Shown here piece by piece: positions 26,791 to 35,634 of a stretch of DNA of 64,000 bases. Location of the stretch: the NCBI GenBank assembly GCA_039589315.1, contig JBDHHQ010000010.1, positions 26,939-90,938 on the forward strand, read 5' to 3'. Each line of letters opens with the position of its first letter. Position 1 is the stretch's first letter. This DNA comes from Gemmatimonadota bacterium. Lineage in GTDB: Bacteria; Gemmatimonadota; Gemmatimonadetes; Longimicrobiales; Gaopeijiaceae. Under the pieces are notes generated by a model. It was not told the origin of the DNA. It searched no databases and saw nothing but the letters and a program-made list of their open reading frames with translations. A program made the position numbers and the translations under genes.

Positions 26791-29022
26791 ATGCACAGCC
26801 TTTTGAAACGCCAGCTTCGGAGACATCTGCATGGTGCCGAGATCCCGCCGGAGCTCACGGAGCTGCTGAGCTCCATCGACCAGGCGTACGAGGAGTTCGA
26901 CGACGACCGCCTGATGATGGAGCGCTCGCTGGAGCTGAGCTCCCGGGAGCTGCTTCAGGCCAACTCGGAGATGAGGGCCCTGTTTCAGGCGCTCCCAGAT
27001 CTCTTCTTCCGCTTGGATGCGAGCGGCCGCATTCTCGACTGCAAGGGTGGTCAGGCCGGCGAGTTCGCGATCGAGCCCGCTGAGCTGATCGGCCGCAGGA
27101 TCCAGGACATCCCGGTCGCCTCCGCGGCCGAGGCCCTCCAGGCTGGCATCGACCGGCTCCAAGCCACCGGCGAACCTCAAAGCGTGGAGTATGTGCTGCC
27201 CCTGGGTGAGCACGACGCGGTATTCGAGGCCCGGCTGGTTCTCACGCTCGGCGACGAGATCGTGGTGGTCGCGCGGAACATCACCGAGCGGAAGGAGGCT
27301 GAGGACCGCCTTCAGCGGCGAACCGAGCAGATCCTGAAGAAGCAGGCAGCGCTGCAGCAACTCGCCCTGTCGGCGAAGCCCAAACTACCCGCTGCCCTCG
27401 ACGAGATCACGACGGTGGCCGCGAAGACGCTGGGAGTCGAGCGTGTAGGCATCTGGGTCTACGCGGAGGAGCGGACGGCCATCGTCTGCGAGCACATGTG
27501 CGTCGGCGGTGGGACTGGGGACGGCAGGGGCGCCCGGTTGGAGGCTGCGCAATTCCCCGAGTACTTCTCGGCCCTGGAGACGAGCCGAGCCATCGTGGCC
27601 GACGATGCGTTGCAGGACTCTCGCACGAGGGAGCTCGGGTCCGACTACCTGTTGCCCAACCGTATCTCGTCGATTCTGAACGTGCCCATTTGGGTCGACG
27701 GACGAGTCGCAGGGATCATCTGTCACGAGCACACGGGCGAACCCCGTCACTGGTCAATCGAGGAGCAGGACGTTGCCACGTCCATCGCGGACTTCGTTTC
27801 GCTGGCTCTGCAAGCCGCCCGACGAACCCAGCTCGAGGCGCAGCTCAGGCAGTCTCAGAAGATGGAAGCCATCGGTCTCCTGGCGGGCGGCGTGGCCCAC
27901 GACTTCAACAACCTGTTGAACGTCATCCTGGGATACGCGGACCTGGCCCAGTCCAAGCTGCCCCCGGAGCACCGGGCGGTCGGTCACCTGGCGCGCATAC
28001 GAGAGGCGACCAGTCGAGCCGCGGACCTCACCAACAAGCTGCTGACCTTTTCCCGCAAGGACATTCTCAAGGTCGAGCCCGTCGACCTGAATCTGGTGCT
28101 CAGGGACTTCCAGAGGCTGCTGGACCGAATCGTCGGTGCAGACGTCGAGGTGGTTGTGCAGACGGCGCCGGAACCCCTCGTGGTCGACGCCGACCGTCCA
28201 CAGATCGACCAGCTTCTGCTCAACCTCTGCACGAATGCTCGGCAGGCCATGCCGGCAGGCGGACGCCTGAGCATCGGCTTGGGTCGAAGGCGCCTGGGCG
28301 CCGAGGAGGCCAAGAACCGGGGCCTCGCCGAGGGCGTCGAGTTCGCCGAGATCCTCGTGAGCGACACGGGGGTCGGCATGGACGAAGAGGTCATCGGCCG
28401 GCTCTGGGAGCCCTTCTTTTCGACCAAGGACTCCGGCACCGGGCTGGGCCTGGCCGTGGTGTACGGCGTCGTCGAGCGGCATCACGGCTTCATCACGGTC
28501 GACAGCGAGCTGGGACGGGGAAGCAACTTCCGGATCCACCTGCCCCCGTCCAGCAAGGTGACGTTCCAGGGCAGGGCAGCGGGCCAGACGCCCGACGTGA
28601 GGGGCGGGGAAACTCTGCTGGTGGCCGAGGACGAGGCGATGCTCCGCGAGCTGATCGTCCAGGCGCTGTCCGACCTGGGCTACCAGGTCCTCGCCGCAGA
28701 GAACGGTGACAAGGCGGTCCGGATGTTCGAAGAGAGGGAGGACGTCGACCTGGTGGTCCTGGACGTGGTCATGCCTGTCATGGGGGGACCGGAAGCCTTT
28801 GAGCTCATGCGGTCGAGGCGGCCCGACTTGAAGGCCGTCTTCGCCAGCGGTTATGCACCCGATGGGCCGGTTCTGACCAGTCTGCTCGAGAGCGAGCATG
28901 CCGCCTTCCTGCCCAAACCGTTCTTCATCGAGCAACTCGCGGCCAAGGTCCGGGCGCTCCTCGGGCGTAACGGTGGCGGGGGCCGAGCCTCCGTCGACTC
29001 CGGCACGAGCGAGGGTAACTAG
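26791..29022 (+). CDS. Hybrid sensor histidine kinase (PAS-GAF-HisKA-HATPase-REC)
   Basis: GVAHDFNNLL, NLCTNA, DTGVG, GTGLGL, receiver DVVMP and KP. Confidence 0.96.
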   Translation: MHSLLKRQLRRHLHGAEIPPELTELLSSIDQAYEEFDDDRLMMERSLELSSRELLQANSEMRALFQALPDLFFRLDASGRILDCKGGQAGEFAIEPAELIGRRIQDIPVASAAEALQAGIDRLQATGEPQSVEYVLPLGEHDAVFEARLVLTLGDEIVVVARNITERKEAEDRLQRRTEQILKKQAALQQLALSAKPKLPAALDEITTVAAKTLGVERVGIWVYAEERTAIVCEHMCVGGGTGDGRGARLEAAQFPEYFSALETSRAIVADDALQDSRTRELGSDYLLPNRISSILNVPIWVDGRVAGIICHEHTGEPRHWSIEEQDVATSIADFVSLALQAARRTQLEAQLRQSQKMEAIGLLAGGVAHDFNNLLNVILGYADLAQSKLPPEHRAVGHLARIREATSRAADLTNKLLTFSRKDILKVEPVDLNLVLRDFQRLLDRIVGADVEVVVQTAPEPLVVDADRPQIDQLLLNLCTNARQAMPAGGRLSIGLGRRRLGAEEAKNRGLAEGVEFAEILVSDTGVGMDEEVIGRLWEPFFSTKDSGTGLGLAVVYGVVERHHGFITVDSELGRGSNFRIHLPPSSKVTFQGRAAGQTPDVRGGETLLVAEDEAMLRELIVQALSDLGYQVLAAENGDKAVRMFEEREDVDLVVLDVVMPVMGGPEAFELMRSRRPDLKAVFASGYAPDGPVLTSLLESEHAAFLPKPFFIEQLAAKVRALLGRNGGGGRASVDSGTSEGN

Positions 29023-29180
29023 CCGGTTTCCCCCACCCCGGTCGGGGCGTAGCCGGTCCTCACCGCCAGGCACCCCACTTGTCAGAATCGCTCCGGGACT
29101 CCAGCCTATGGGGTTGGCAACGCGGCCCACCGCGTCGGGCAACGAACGCTCAACCGTCCCATTCCACAATGGAGTCCACG

Positions 29181-29702
29181 ATGACCAAGCGTGTCCTGAC
29201 TGTCGCCGTAGCACTGGTGATGTCGGCGCCCCTTGCCGTCAGCGCACAGGAGGGACCGGTGTCCTCCTCGCTCAAGGGTCTGCACGACGTCACGCAGGAG
29301 AACATCATGGCGACAGCGAAGATGCTCGACGAGGACCTCTACGCCTTCCGGCCCACCGAGGAGGTCCGCTCCATGGGCGAGCTGCTCGCTCACCTCGCCG
29401 GCGCCCAGTTCTTCTTCTGCTCCAGTGCGGCGGGTGAGGACAACCCCAACGCCGAGAACTACGAAGAGACCCGCACGACGAAGGCCGAGATCATCGAGGC
29501 TCTCGAGGCCGGATTCGGCTATTGCACGGAAGTCTACGGCAAGATGACCGACGCCATGGGCAGCGAGATCGTCAGCTTCTTCGGCGATGAGATGGCCACC
29601 TCCGGTGTCCTGGCCTTCAATTCGGCGCACAACTACGAGCACTACGGTAACCTCGTGACCTACATGCGTCTCAACGGAATCACACCGCCGTCGTCCATGT
29701 AG
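29181..29702 (+). CDS. DinB family protein with signal peptide
   Basis: FRPTEEVRS..ELLAH, HNYEHYGNL.TYMRLNGITPP. Confidence 0.9.
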   Translation: MTKRVLTVAVALVMSAPLAVSAQEGPVSSSLKGLHDVTQENIMATAKMLDEDLYAFRPTEEVRSMGELLAHLAGAQFFFCSSAAGEDNPNAENYEETRTTKAEIIEALEAGFGYCTEVYGKMTDAMGSEIVSFFGDEMATSGVLAFNSAHNYEHYGNLVTYMRLNGITPPSSM

Positions 29703-29794
29703 TCACGCACGAGGGACCGTAGACCGGTCCGATGCATGCGAGCGCGGAGGGCCGTCCCTGACCGGGGCGGCCTTCCCGCCCTCCGGGAGGCCTC

Positions 29795-31234
29795 CTGAGC
29801 CATCAGCCCCATCTGGCCCGCGTCATGGGCCTCCGGGATGTGGTCCTCTTCCACATCGTCGCCATCGTGGGGCTCCGTTGGCTCCTCACGGCGGCGAACC
29901 TGGGCCCTGCTTCGGTGGGGCTGTGGCTCGCCGCCGTCTTGCTCTTCTTCGTTCCGCAGGGAATGGCCGTCCTCGAGCTATCTGCGAGGATGCCCGAGGA
30001 GGGCGGGATCTACGTCTGGACGCGAGAGGCGTTCGGACCGCTGCACGGCTTCATCTGTGGATGGGCGTACTGGGTCAACAACCTCATCTACTACCCGTCG
30101 CTCATCGTCTTCATCGCCGGGAACGCGGTCCTGGCACTCGGCAGCGCCCAGGCGCCGGTCGCTGGGCTGGAAGTCGTCTTCGGCGACTTCGGCCAGACCA
30201 GCCCCTGGCTCTTCCAGGTGGGACTGTCCCTGACCGTCCTATGGATCGCGGTGGGGCTGAACATCGTGGGTCTCAAGAGCGGCCGATGGGTCCAGAACAC
30301 GGGCGGCGTCGCGACCTGGATCGCAGTGGGGGTGCTCGTGGCGCTGGCCGCGGCGGCGCTGCTGACAGGCCGGGCTGACAACCCGCTCACTGGCGTCAGT
30401 CTGATCCCGGACCTGAGCGGCGCCAACATCAACCTCTGGTCGAGCCTGTGCTTCGCTCTGGCCGGCCTGGAGCTGGCCTCGGTGATGGGAGGGGAGGTGA
30501 AGGAGCCGTCCCGGACGCTGCCCCGCTCGATTCTGATGGCAGCGCCCATGATCGCGGTCATCTACATCGTTGGGACGCTTGCCGTGCTCACGACGAGCGG
30601 ATCCGAGGAGGTGGATCTGATCCGGGGCATCGTCGACGCCATCAGCGAGACCGGTGCCCTGTTCGGCCTTCCGCTGACGCGTGTTGCCGCCGTCCTGATC
30701 CTGCTCACCGGCTTGGGAGGCCTCGGTGCCTGGCTGGCCGGGGCGGCGCGGATCCCCTTCGTCGTGGGGTTGGATCGCTACCTGCCCGCAGCGCTGGGCA
30801 AGGTCCACCCGAAATGGCAGACGCCGTACGTGGCCTTGTTGGTACAAGGCGTCGGCGCCACGGTGTTCCTCCTGTTCAGCGTGCTCGGATCCACGATCGA
30901 AGAGGCGTATCTGATCCTGGTGGACACGACGATCATCGTGTACTTCATCCCGTACGTATACTTGTTCCTGGCGGTGCCTGTGCTGCGAAGGCGAGCATCC
31001 GGCGCCGAACAGGTGTTCCGGATCCCCTGGGGAGGCCTGGGCCTCTGGCTCGTCGTGATCGCCGGGGTCGGGACGACGGTGGTGTCCATCGTTCTGGCGA
31101 CCTTACCGGGCCCGGAAGGTGGTAGGTGGTTCTTCCTGAAGGTGGGCGGCGGCGCTGTTGGGCTCATGGTAGTGGGCCTGGTCTTCTATGCCACGGCCGT
31201 TTGGCGGCAGGCGCGACAAGGAGCGAACGGATGA
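29795..31234 (+). CDS. APC-family amino acid permease
   Basis: ~12 TM helices, PEEGGIYVW, AGLEL..GGEVK, HPKWQTP; first ATG at 29825, possible CTG start at 29795. Confidence 0.9.
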   Translation: MSHQPHLARVMGLRDVVLFHIVAIVGLRWLLTAANLGPASVGLWLAAVLLFFVPQGMAVLELSARMPEEGGIYVWTREAFGPLHGFICGWAYWVNNLIYYPSLIVFIAGNAVLALGSAQAPVAGLEVVFGDFGQTSPWLFQVGLSLTVLWIAVGLNIVGLKSGRWVQNTGGVATWIAVGVLVALAAAALLTGRADNPLTGVSLIPDLSGANINLWSSLCFALAGLELASVMGGEVKEPSRTLPRSILMAAPMIAVIYIVGTLAVLTTSGSEEVDLIRGIVDAISETGALFGLPLTRVAAVLILLTGLGGLGAWLAGAARIPFVVGLDRYLPAALGKVHPKWQTPYVALLVQGVGATVFLLFSVLGSTIEEAYLILVDTTIIVYFIPYVYLFLAVPVLRRRASGAEQVFRIPWGGLGLWLVVIAGVGTTVVSIVLATLPGPEGGRWFFLKVGGGAVGLMVVGLVFYATAVWRQARQGANG

Positions 31235-32574
31235 CCAGAGGGACCCCTTTGGTGGCAGCTGTGCTCGTGGCCCTGCTCGTCCCCGCCGGAACCGACGCCC
31301 AGTCTCGGAGCAGCCGCGAGAGGGATCTCCGTGAGTGGGAGGTGAAGGCCGAGAAGATGCGCCGGCACCTGCTCCCCACCATGCGGGAGCACGGCGTCGA
31401 CATGTGGATCATCATGAGCCGCGAGAACAACCCGGATCCAGCCCTCGAGCTATTCGGTGGGTATGGGATCAGCGGTTGGTACGGGCACCGGAACGCCTAC
31501 GTCTTCTATGACGCCGGCGAGGCGGGGCTCGAGACGGCGGCCATCGGCACACACTTGAGCGGTCACCTGAGCCGGTTCTACGACCACGTGATGAGCTACC
31601 ACTCCAGCGACGACGGGCTCGCCCCCACGCTGCGGGAGTTCGTCCAGGAGCGCGACCCTCAGGTGATCGCCATCAACCAGTCCCGGACCATCTCCATGGC
31701 CGACGGCATCAGCGCCGAGCTCAAGGACTACCTCTTCGACGCCATCGGGCCCGAGTATGCTGCACGGGTCGTCATGTCGGAGCCCATGTTCATCGACTAC
31801 GTGAGCAAGAGAACCCCGGCCGAGCTGGAGATCGCCAAGGAGGCGGCCTACCGGACCTGGCACATCCTGCGCAGGGCGTTCTCGGCGGAGGTGATCACCC
31901 CGGGGCAAACCACGCTGATGGACGTGTACTGGTGGGTGAAGGACGAGTGGATGGCCCAGGACCTGGAGTTCAACTTCCCCGCGTCGTTCGACCTCTGGCG
32001 CGAGGGCCTGGAGGAACCCCTCACGGACGTGGATGACCCGGTCATCCAGCCCGGGGACCTGCTGCACGTGGACTTCGGGGTCCGGCTCTCCGGCTTGGTG
32101 ACCGACCAGCAGAAGATGGCGTACGTGCTGAAGCCGGGGGAGGCCGGACCACCCGAGGGGCTCCGCCACCTGTTCGATCAATCCATCCGGCAGGGGGAGA
32201 TCATCGCGGAGACGATCAAGCCCGGGGTGCTCGGCCGCGACATCGTCACGACCGCCGAGGAAAGGGGCCGGAGCGAAGGCATCGACAATCGTACCTACCC
32301 CCACGTCCAGGGGAATTGGGTGCATGGCGTAGGCGCCTGGGGCAGCCGGGACTGGCCGGAGCGGTACGGCATCCACCCCCGGCAGCCCGTGCGGCCCACC
32401 GAGTTCTGGTCCATCGAGTACAGCGTGTCAGGCCCGGTATCGGAGTGGGACGGCCAACGAGTGACCATGGCGCGGGAGGAGGATGCCTGGGTGGACGAGA
32501 ATGGCCAGGTACACTTCATGGTCGGCCCCCAGATGGAGCTCTGGCTCATCGGGCAGCCGGCCGTCATCTACTGA
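31231..32574 (+). CDS. M24 (Xaa-Pro type) metallopeptidase, secreted
   Basis: LHVDFG, TDQQ, HGVG, SIE, EED metal ligands; ATGA overlap with the permease. Confidence 0.88.
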   Translation: MTRGTPLVAAVLVALLVPAGTDAQSRSSRERDLREWEVKAEKMRRHLLPTMREHGVDMWIIMSRENNPDPALELFGGYGISGWYGHRNAYVFYDAGEAGLETAAIGTHLSGHLSRFYDHVMSYHSSDDGLAPTLREFVQERDPQVIAINQSRTISMADGISAELKDYLFDAIGPEYAARVVMSEPMFIDYVSKRTPAELEIAKEAAYRTWHILRRAFSAEVITPGQTTLMDVYWWVKDEWMAQDLEFNFPASFDLWREGLEEPLTDVDDPVIQPGDLLHVDFGVRLSGLVTDQQKMAYVLKPGEAGPPEGLRHLFDQSIRQGEIIAETIKPGVLGRDIVTTAEERGRSEGIDNRTYPHVQGNWVHGVGAWGSRDWPERYGIHPRQPVRPTEFWSIEYSVSGPVSEWDGQRVTMAREEDAWVDENGQVHFMVGPQMELWLIGQPAVIY

Positions 32575-32629
32575 TGGGGAGACTCCCTTGACCGGCGGAT
32601 ACGCCCGGGTCTGCGCATCTGCCGGCGCG

Positions 32630-33196
32630 ATGCTTCGGCCCGGCAGATGCGCGCACGCGACGGCCATTTGCCTCGCCCTCGTCGTCGTCGTCGGCTGGCC
32701 CGTCACCGCTCGGGGTCAGGACGCCCAAGGCGAGCCCTCCTTCCCCCCCCGCGTCGGCTACGTGAACGACCTGGCCGGCGTGGTCGACCCGGACTCCCGG
32801 AACACGATGGAGGACATCGCGTCCGAGGTCCGGCGCAAGTCCAGGGGCGACATCGTGGTGGTCACGCTCCCCACCTTGGAGGGAAGGTCGCTCGAGGATA
32901 TCGCGGGCGAGCTGACCGAGCTCTGGGACGTGGGCTACCGGGGCGCGCCGGACGACCCGGCCAATGACACCGGCGTCCTCATCGTGCTTTCGCTGGAGGA
33001 GCGGGAATTCAGCATCCAGGTCCAGGAGGGGGTCGAGGCCTTCTTCCCCAACGCGGCGATCCGGGATCTCGTCACGTCCAAGGTCGTGACTCCGTTTCGG
33101 GCGGGCGAGTACGGCACCGGCCTCCTGGAAGCGGTGCGAGGCATCGGTCAGGTGTTCGCCCAGAGGTTCCAATTCGTGCTGGAGAGCGGGGAGTAG
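32630..33196 (+). CDS. TPM domain protein
   Basis: YVNDLAGVV, IVVVT, W.VG, GVLI, FRAGEY..GL; start uncertain. Confidence 0.85.
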   Translation: MLRPGRCAHATAICLALVVVVGWPVTARGQDAQGEPSFPPRVGYVNDLAGVVDPDSRNTMEDIASEVRRKSRGDIVVVTLPTLEGRSLEDIAGELTELWDVGYRGAPDDPANDTGVLIVLSLEEREFSIQVQEGVEAFFPNAAIRDLVTSKVVTPFRAGEYGTGLLEAVRGIGQVFAQRFQFVLESGE

Positions 33197-33271
33197 CCGA
33201 GAGGCCGGGCCGCGGGCGATACGCTCCCCGGCCAGGAGCCGCGCAGGGCAGGAAGCCTCTGTCCATCGACC

Positions 33272-34900
33272 TCACCGCCGCTCCAGCAGTTCCAATGCCC
33301 GGCTCAGGAGCGTCGGGTAGTACTCGGCCGCATTCGCGCGGGTCAGGGGGACCCATTCGTCCACCGGGGCCGGATTGCCCTCGCTGATCTCGCCGTTCGG
33401 CCGGATGGTATGACCGATGGACCACATGAACTCCGCCACCGGCCGGTCGGTGCCGGGCATGATCAGCACCTCTTCCCACTCCCAGGTGTTGGAGTAGCCG
33501 CCGGCGGGCATCCCGACGATGGGGCCCAGGTCGTTGTCGGCCACGATGGCAGCGAACTGGTCCAGGTGAGAGCCGCCGTCGGGGCCGAGCAGCACTACCA
33601 GCCGGCCGGTGAAGTGAACGGGTGCAGGCTGGAGCACGCCGTCGGAGTCCCTCGGGGCGTGGGCCAGTTTGAACGGCACGTCGTCGGTATAGTCGCGTCC
33701 GTCGGCGATGGCCGCAGACACGTCGGTTTCCAGCCAGTCGAGCAGCCAGCGGCCGTTGTCGTCCGCCTCCTGGACGCCGCTGTCCAGCAACTGACCGGTC
33801 GCCTCTTTGGCCTGCTCGACGAACGAGACGCCCGCGTCGCTGAGTCGGAGGTTTCCGAACGTGGTCTTGAACGGCTTGGGCGACAGACGACGCACCGTAT
33901 AGGCCCCCCGCGAGCCACCGCCGCTTCGGGTGGCGTCGAAGATCACGTCGTGGTCCAAACGGCCCTGCTCCTCGGCCCAGGCCATCAGCCGGTCCACGTC
34001 CTCCACCATGTGCTCCCGAAAGCCCACCCACGAGATCAGCAGGACGGAGTGATCGTCCGACTCATAGAGCGTGTAGGTCGGAGTCTCGTAGACCTGCGTG
34101 AAGCCGGGGTAGCGGGGCTCGCCCCGGTTGCCCCAAACCAGGTCGGCCGCCGAGCGATAGGGCAAATCGAGAGCGTAGCGCTCGCCGCCCGTCCGCTCGA
34201 GCTCCACGGCCAGCCCCTCCTCATACATGGCCGGCGGGAGCACCGCGCTCCGTTGCGGGAGGAGTTGGGCGAGCTTCCAGCGCAGCCCCTCGTCAGTCGA
34301 GTGCCGCATGTATGGCGCCGCGGCCTGGTACCACGCCTCGGCGGAGCGGCCGTTAACGGCAACCAGCCTGTCGCCCACCGCGACGCCTGCATTCGAGACG
34401 CCGGCGTCTTCCGCCCAATCGATCAGGAAGAAGAACGGCTCGTTGGGGTTCTCGTAGTCGGGAGCGAACCGGACCGGTGCATGGGCGGGGTCGGGCGTGG
34501 CAGGAAGGCCGCCGGCCACCCGCAACCCGTCCTTGAAGGCTGGATCGAGGCCTCCTTCCACGAGCTGCACGCTCAGATGCCGGTCGCGCCTGGCGGCAGA
34601 CAGCTTGGCGAGAGCGTGGTACAGCGCCTGGTCGTCGTCCGCCGCCACCACCTCGTCGCGCACGGCCCGCATGGCGGCTACCACGTCCAGCCCGAGACGT
34701 TCGTTCTTCACGGGTGAGAACGCCTCGCGCCGTATCGTCCGCGCCAGGATCGTGTCGAACAGCGCCGCCCGCTGCTCGGGCGTGCTCGACGCCGCAATGC
34801 CGGAGTCGCTGGGGTCCGTTGCCCGCGGCGCACTGGCGCCACGGTCACAGGCCAGTGCGGCCAACAACAGCACGAGGCAGAAGCAGGTGGTGGGTCTCAT
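33272..34900 (-). CDS. S41-like peptidase lipoprotein with PDZ-like domain
   Basis: LAALAC lipobox, VGDRLVAVNG, IFDATRSGGG, GGSHLDQF. Confidence 0.7.
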   Translation of the reverse strand: MRPTTCFCLVLLLAALACDRGASAPRATDPSDSGIAASSTPEQRAALFDTILARTIRREAFSPVKNERLGLDVVAAMRAVRDEVVAADDDQALYHALAKLSAARRDRHLSVQLVEGGLDPAFKDGLRVAGGLPATPDPAHAPVRFAPDYENPNEPFFFLIDWAEDAGVSNAGVAVGDRLVAVNGRSAEAWYQAAAPYMRHSTDEGLRWKLAQLLPQRSAVLPPAMYEEGLAVELERTGGERYALDLPYRSAADLVWGNRGEPRYPGFTQVYETPTYTLYESDDHSVLLISWVGFREHMVEDVDRLMAWAEEQGRLDHDVIFDATRSGGGSRGAYTVRRLSPKPFKTTFGNLRLSDAGVSFVEQAKEATGQLLDSGVQEADDNGRWLLDWLETDVSAAIADGRDYTDDVPFKLAHAPRDSDGVLQPAPVHFTGRLVVLLGPDGGSHLDQFAAIVADNDLGPIVGMPAGGYSNTWEWEEVLIMPGTDRPVAEFMWSIGHTIRPNGEISEGNPAPVDEWVPLTRANAAEYYPTLLSRALELLERR

Positions 34901-34991
34901 GCTCGGTCTACGCGACGGCCGGTGTCGGGGAGCGCAACCCGGCATCTTGCCGTCCCGGTGGCAGAGGGTGCGGATCTGCGGCCGCCCCACC

Positions 34992-35552
34992 TCAGCCCGG
35001 CCACTGCCAGCCGAAGACTCCGGCCGTGAGGAGCGCGTACAGGAAGCCGTCACCCATGTGCTTCCACACGAAGGACCATGGACGCCCGAACCAGATGGCG
35101 TCCTGGACGACGCCCCAGCTGTACGCCACCCACGTCACGGTGCCCACGATGCGGAAGACTGCCAGATAGTCGGCGCCGGAATCCAGGGTGCGGGTGGCGA
35201 TGTACGCCGCCAGCCCACTCACCGCCAGATAGTAGACGAACGACTGGGCGAGCTTTCCGCCCATGGTCGGCACGCCGTTGGGCAGCACCGTCAGGAACGC
35301 CACCGGGCCGTTTTCGAACTTCCCCTTGACGTCCGGGTCTGCCAGTTCGGCCTGAGACGCGGCGTGGGGGATGTTGTACTGACCGGGAGCCAGGTTCTGG
35401 GGACGGAGCACACCGATGGCGGCGTCTTCGTCGGGTAGCTTCTGGAAGTCCGACTTGTGGTGGGGGAGCGCCATCCAGACCAGTGCGCTGGCGATGAACA
35501 CCAGAACGGCCGAGAGAACGATGGCTAGCCAGAGTGAGCCGATCGTAACCAT
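34992..35552 (-). CDS. Hypothetical membrane protein
   Basis: Several TM helices, WMALPHHKSD and IWFGRPW. Confidence 0.8.
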   Translation of the reverse strand: MVTIGSLWLAIVLSAVLVFIASALVWMALPHHKSDFQKLPDEDAAIGVLRPQNLAPGQYNIPHAASQAELADPDVKGKFENGPVAFLTVLPNGVPTMGGKLAQSFVYYLAVSGLAAYIATRTLDSGADYLAVFRIVGTVTWVAYSWGVVQDAIWFGRPWSFVWKHMGDGFLYALLTAGVFGWQWPG

Positions 35553-35634
35553 GGTCAACCTCGCTGCGTGAAGGGAACGTCAGCGGAACCGCGGCATCTG
35601 GACTCCGATGTCGGTCCGACAATGTGCACGCCGA

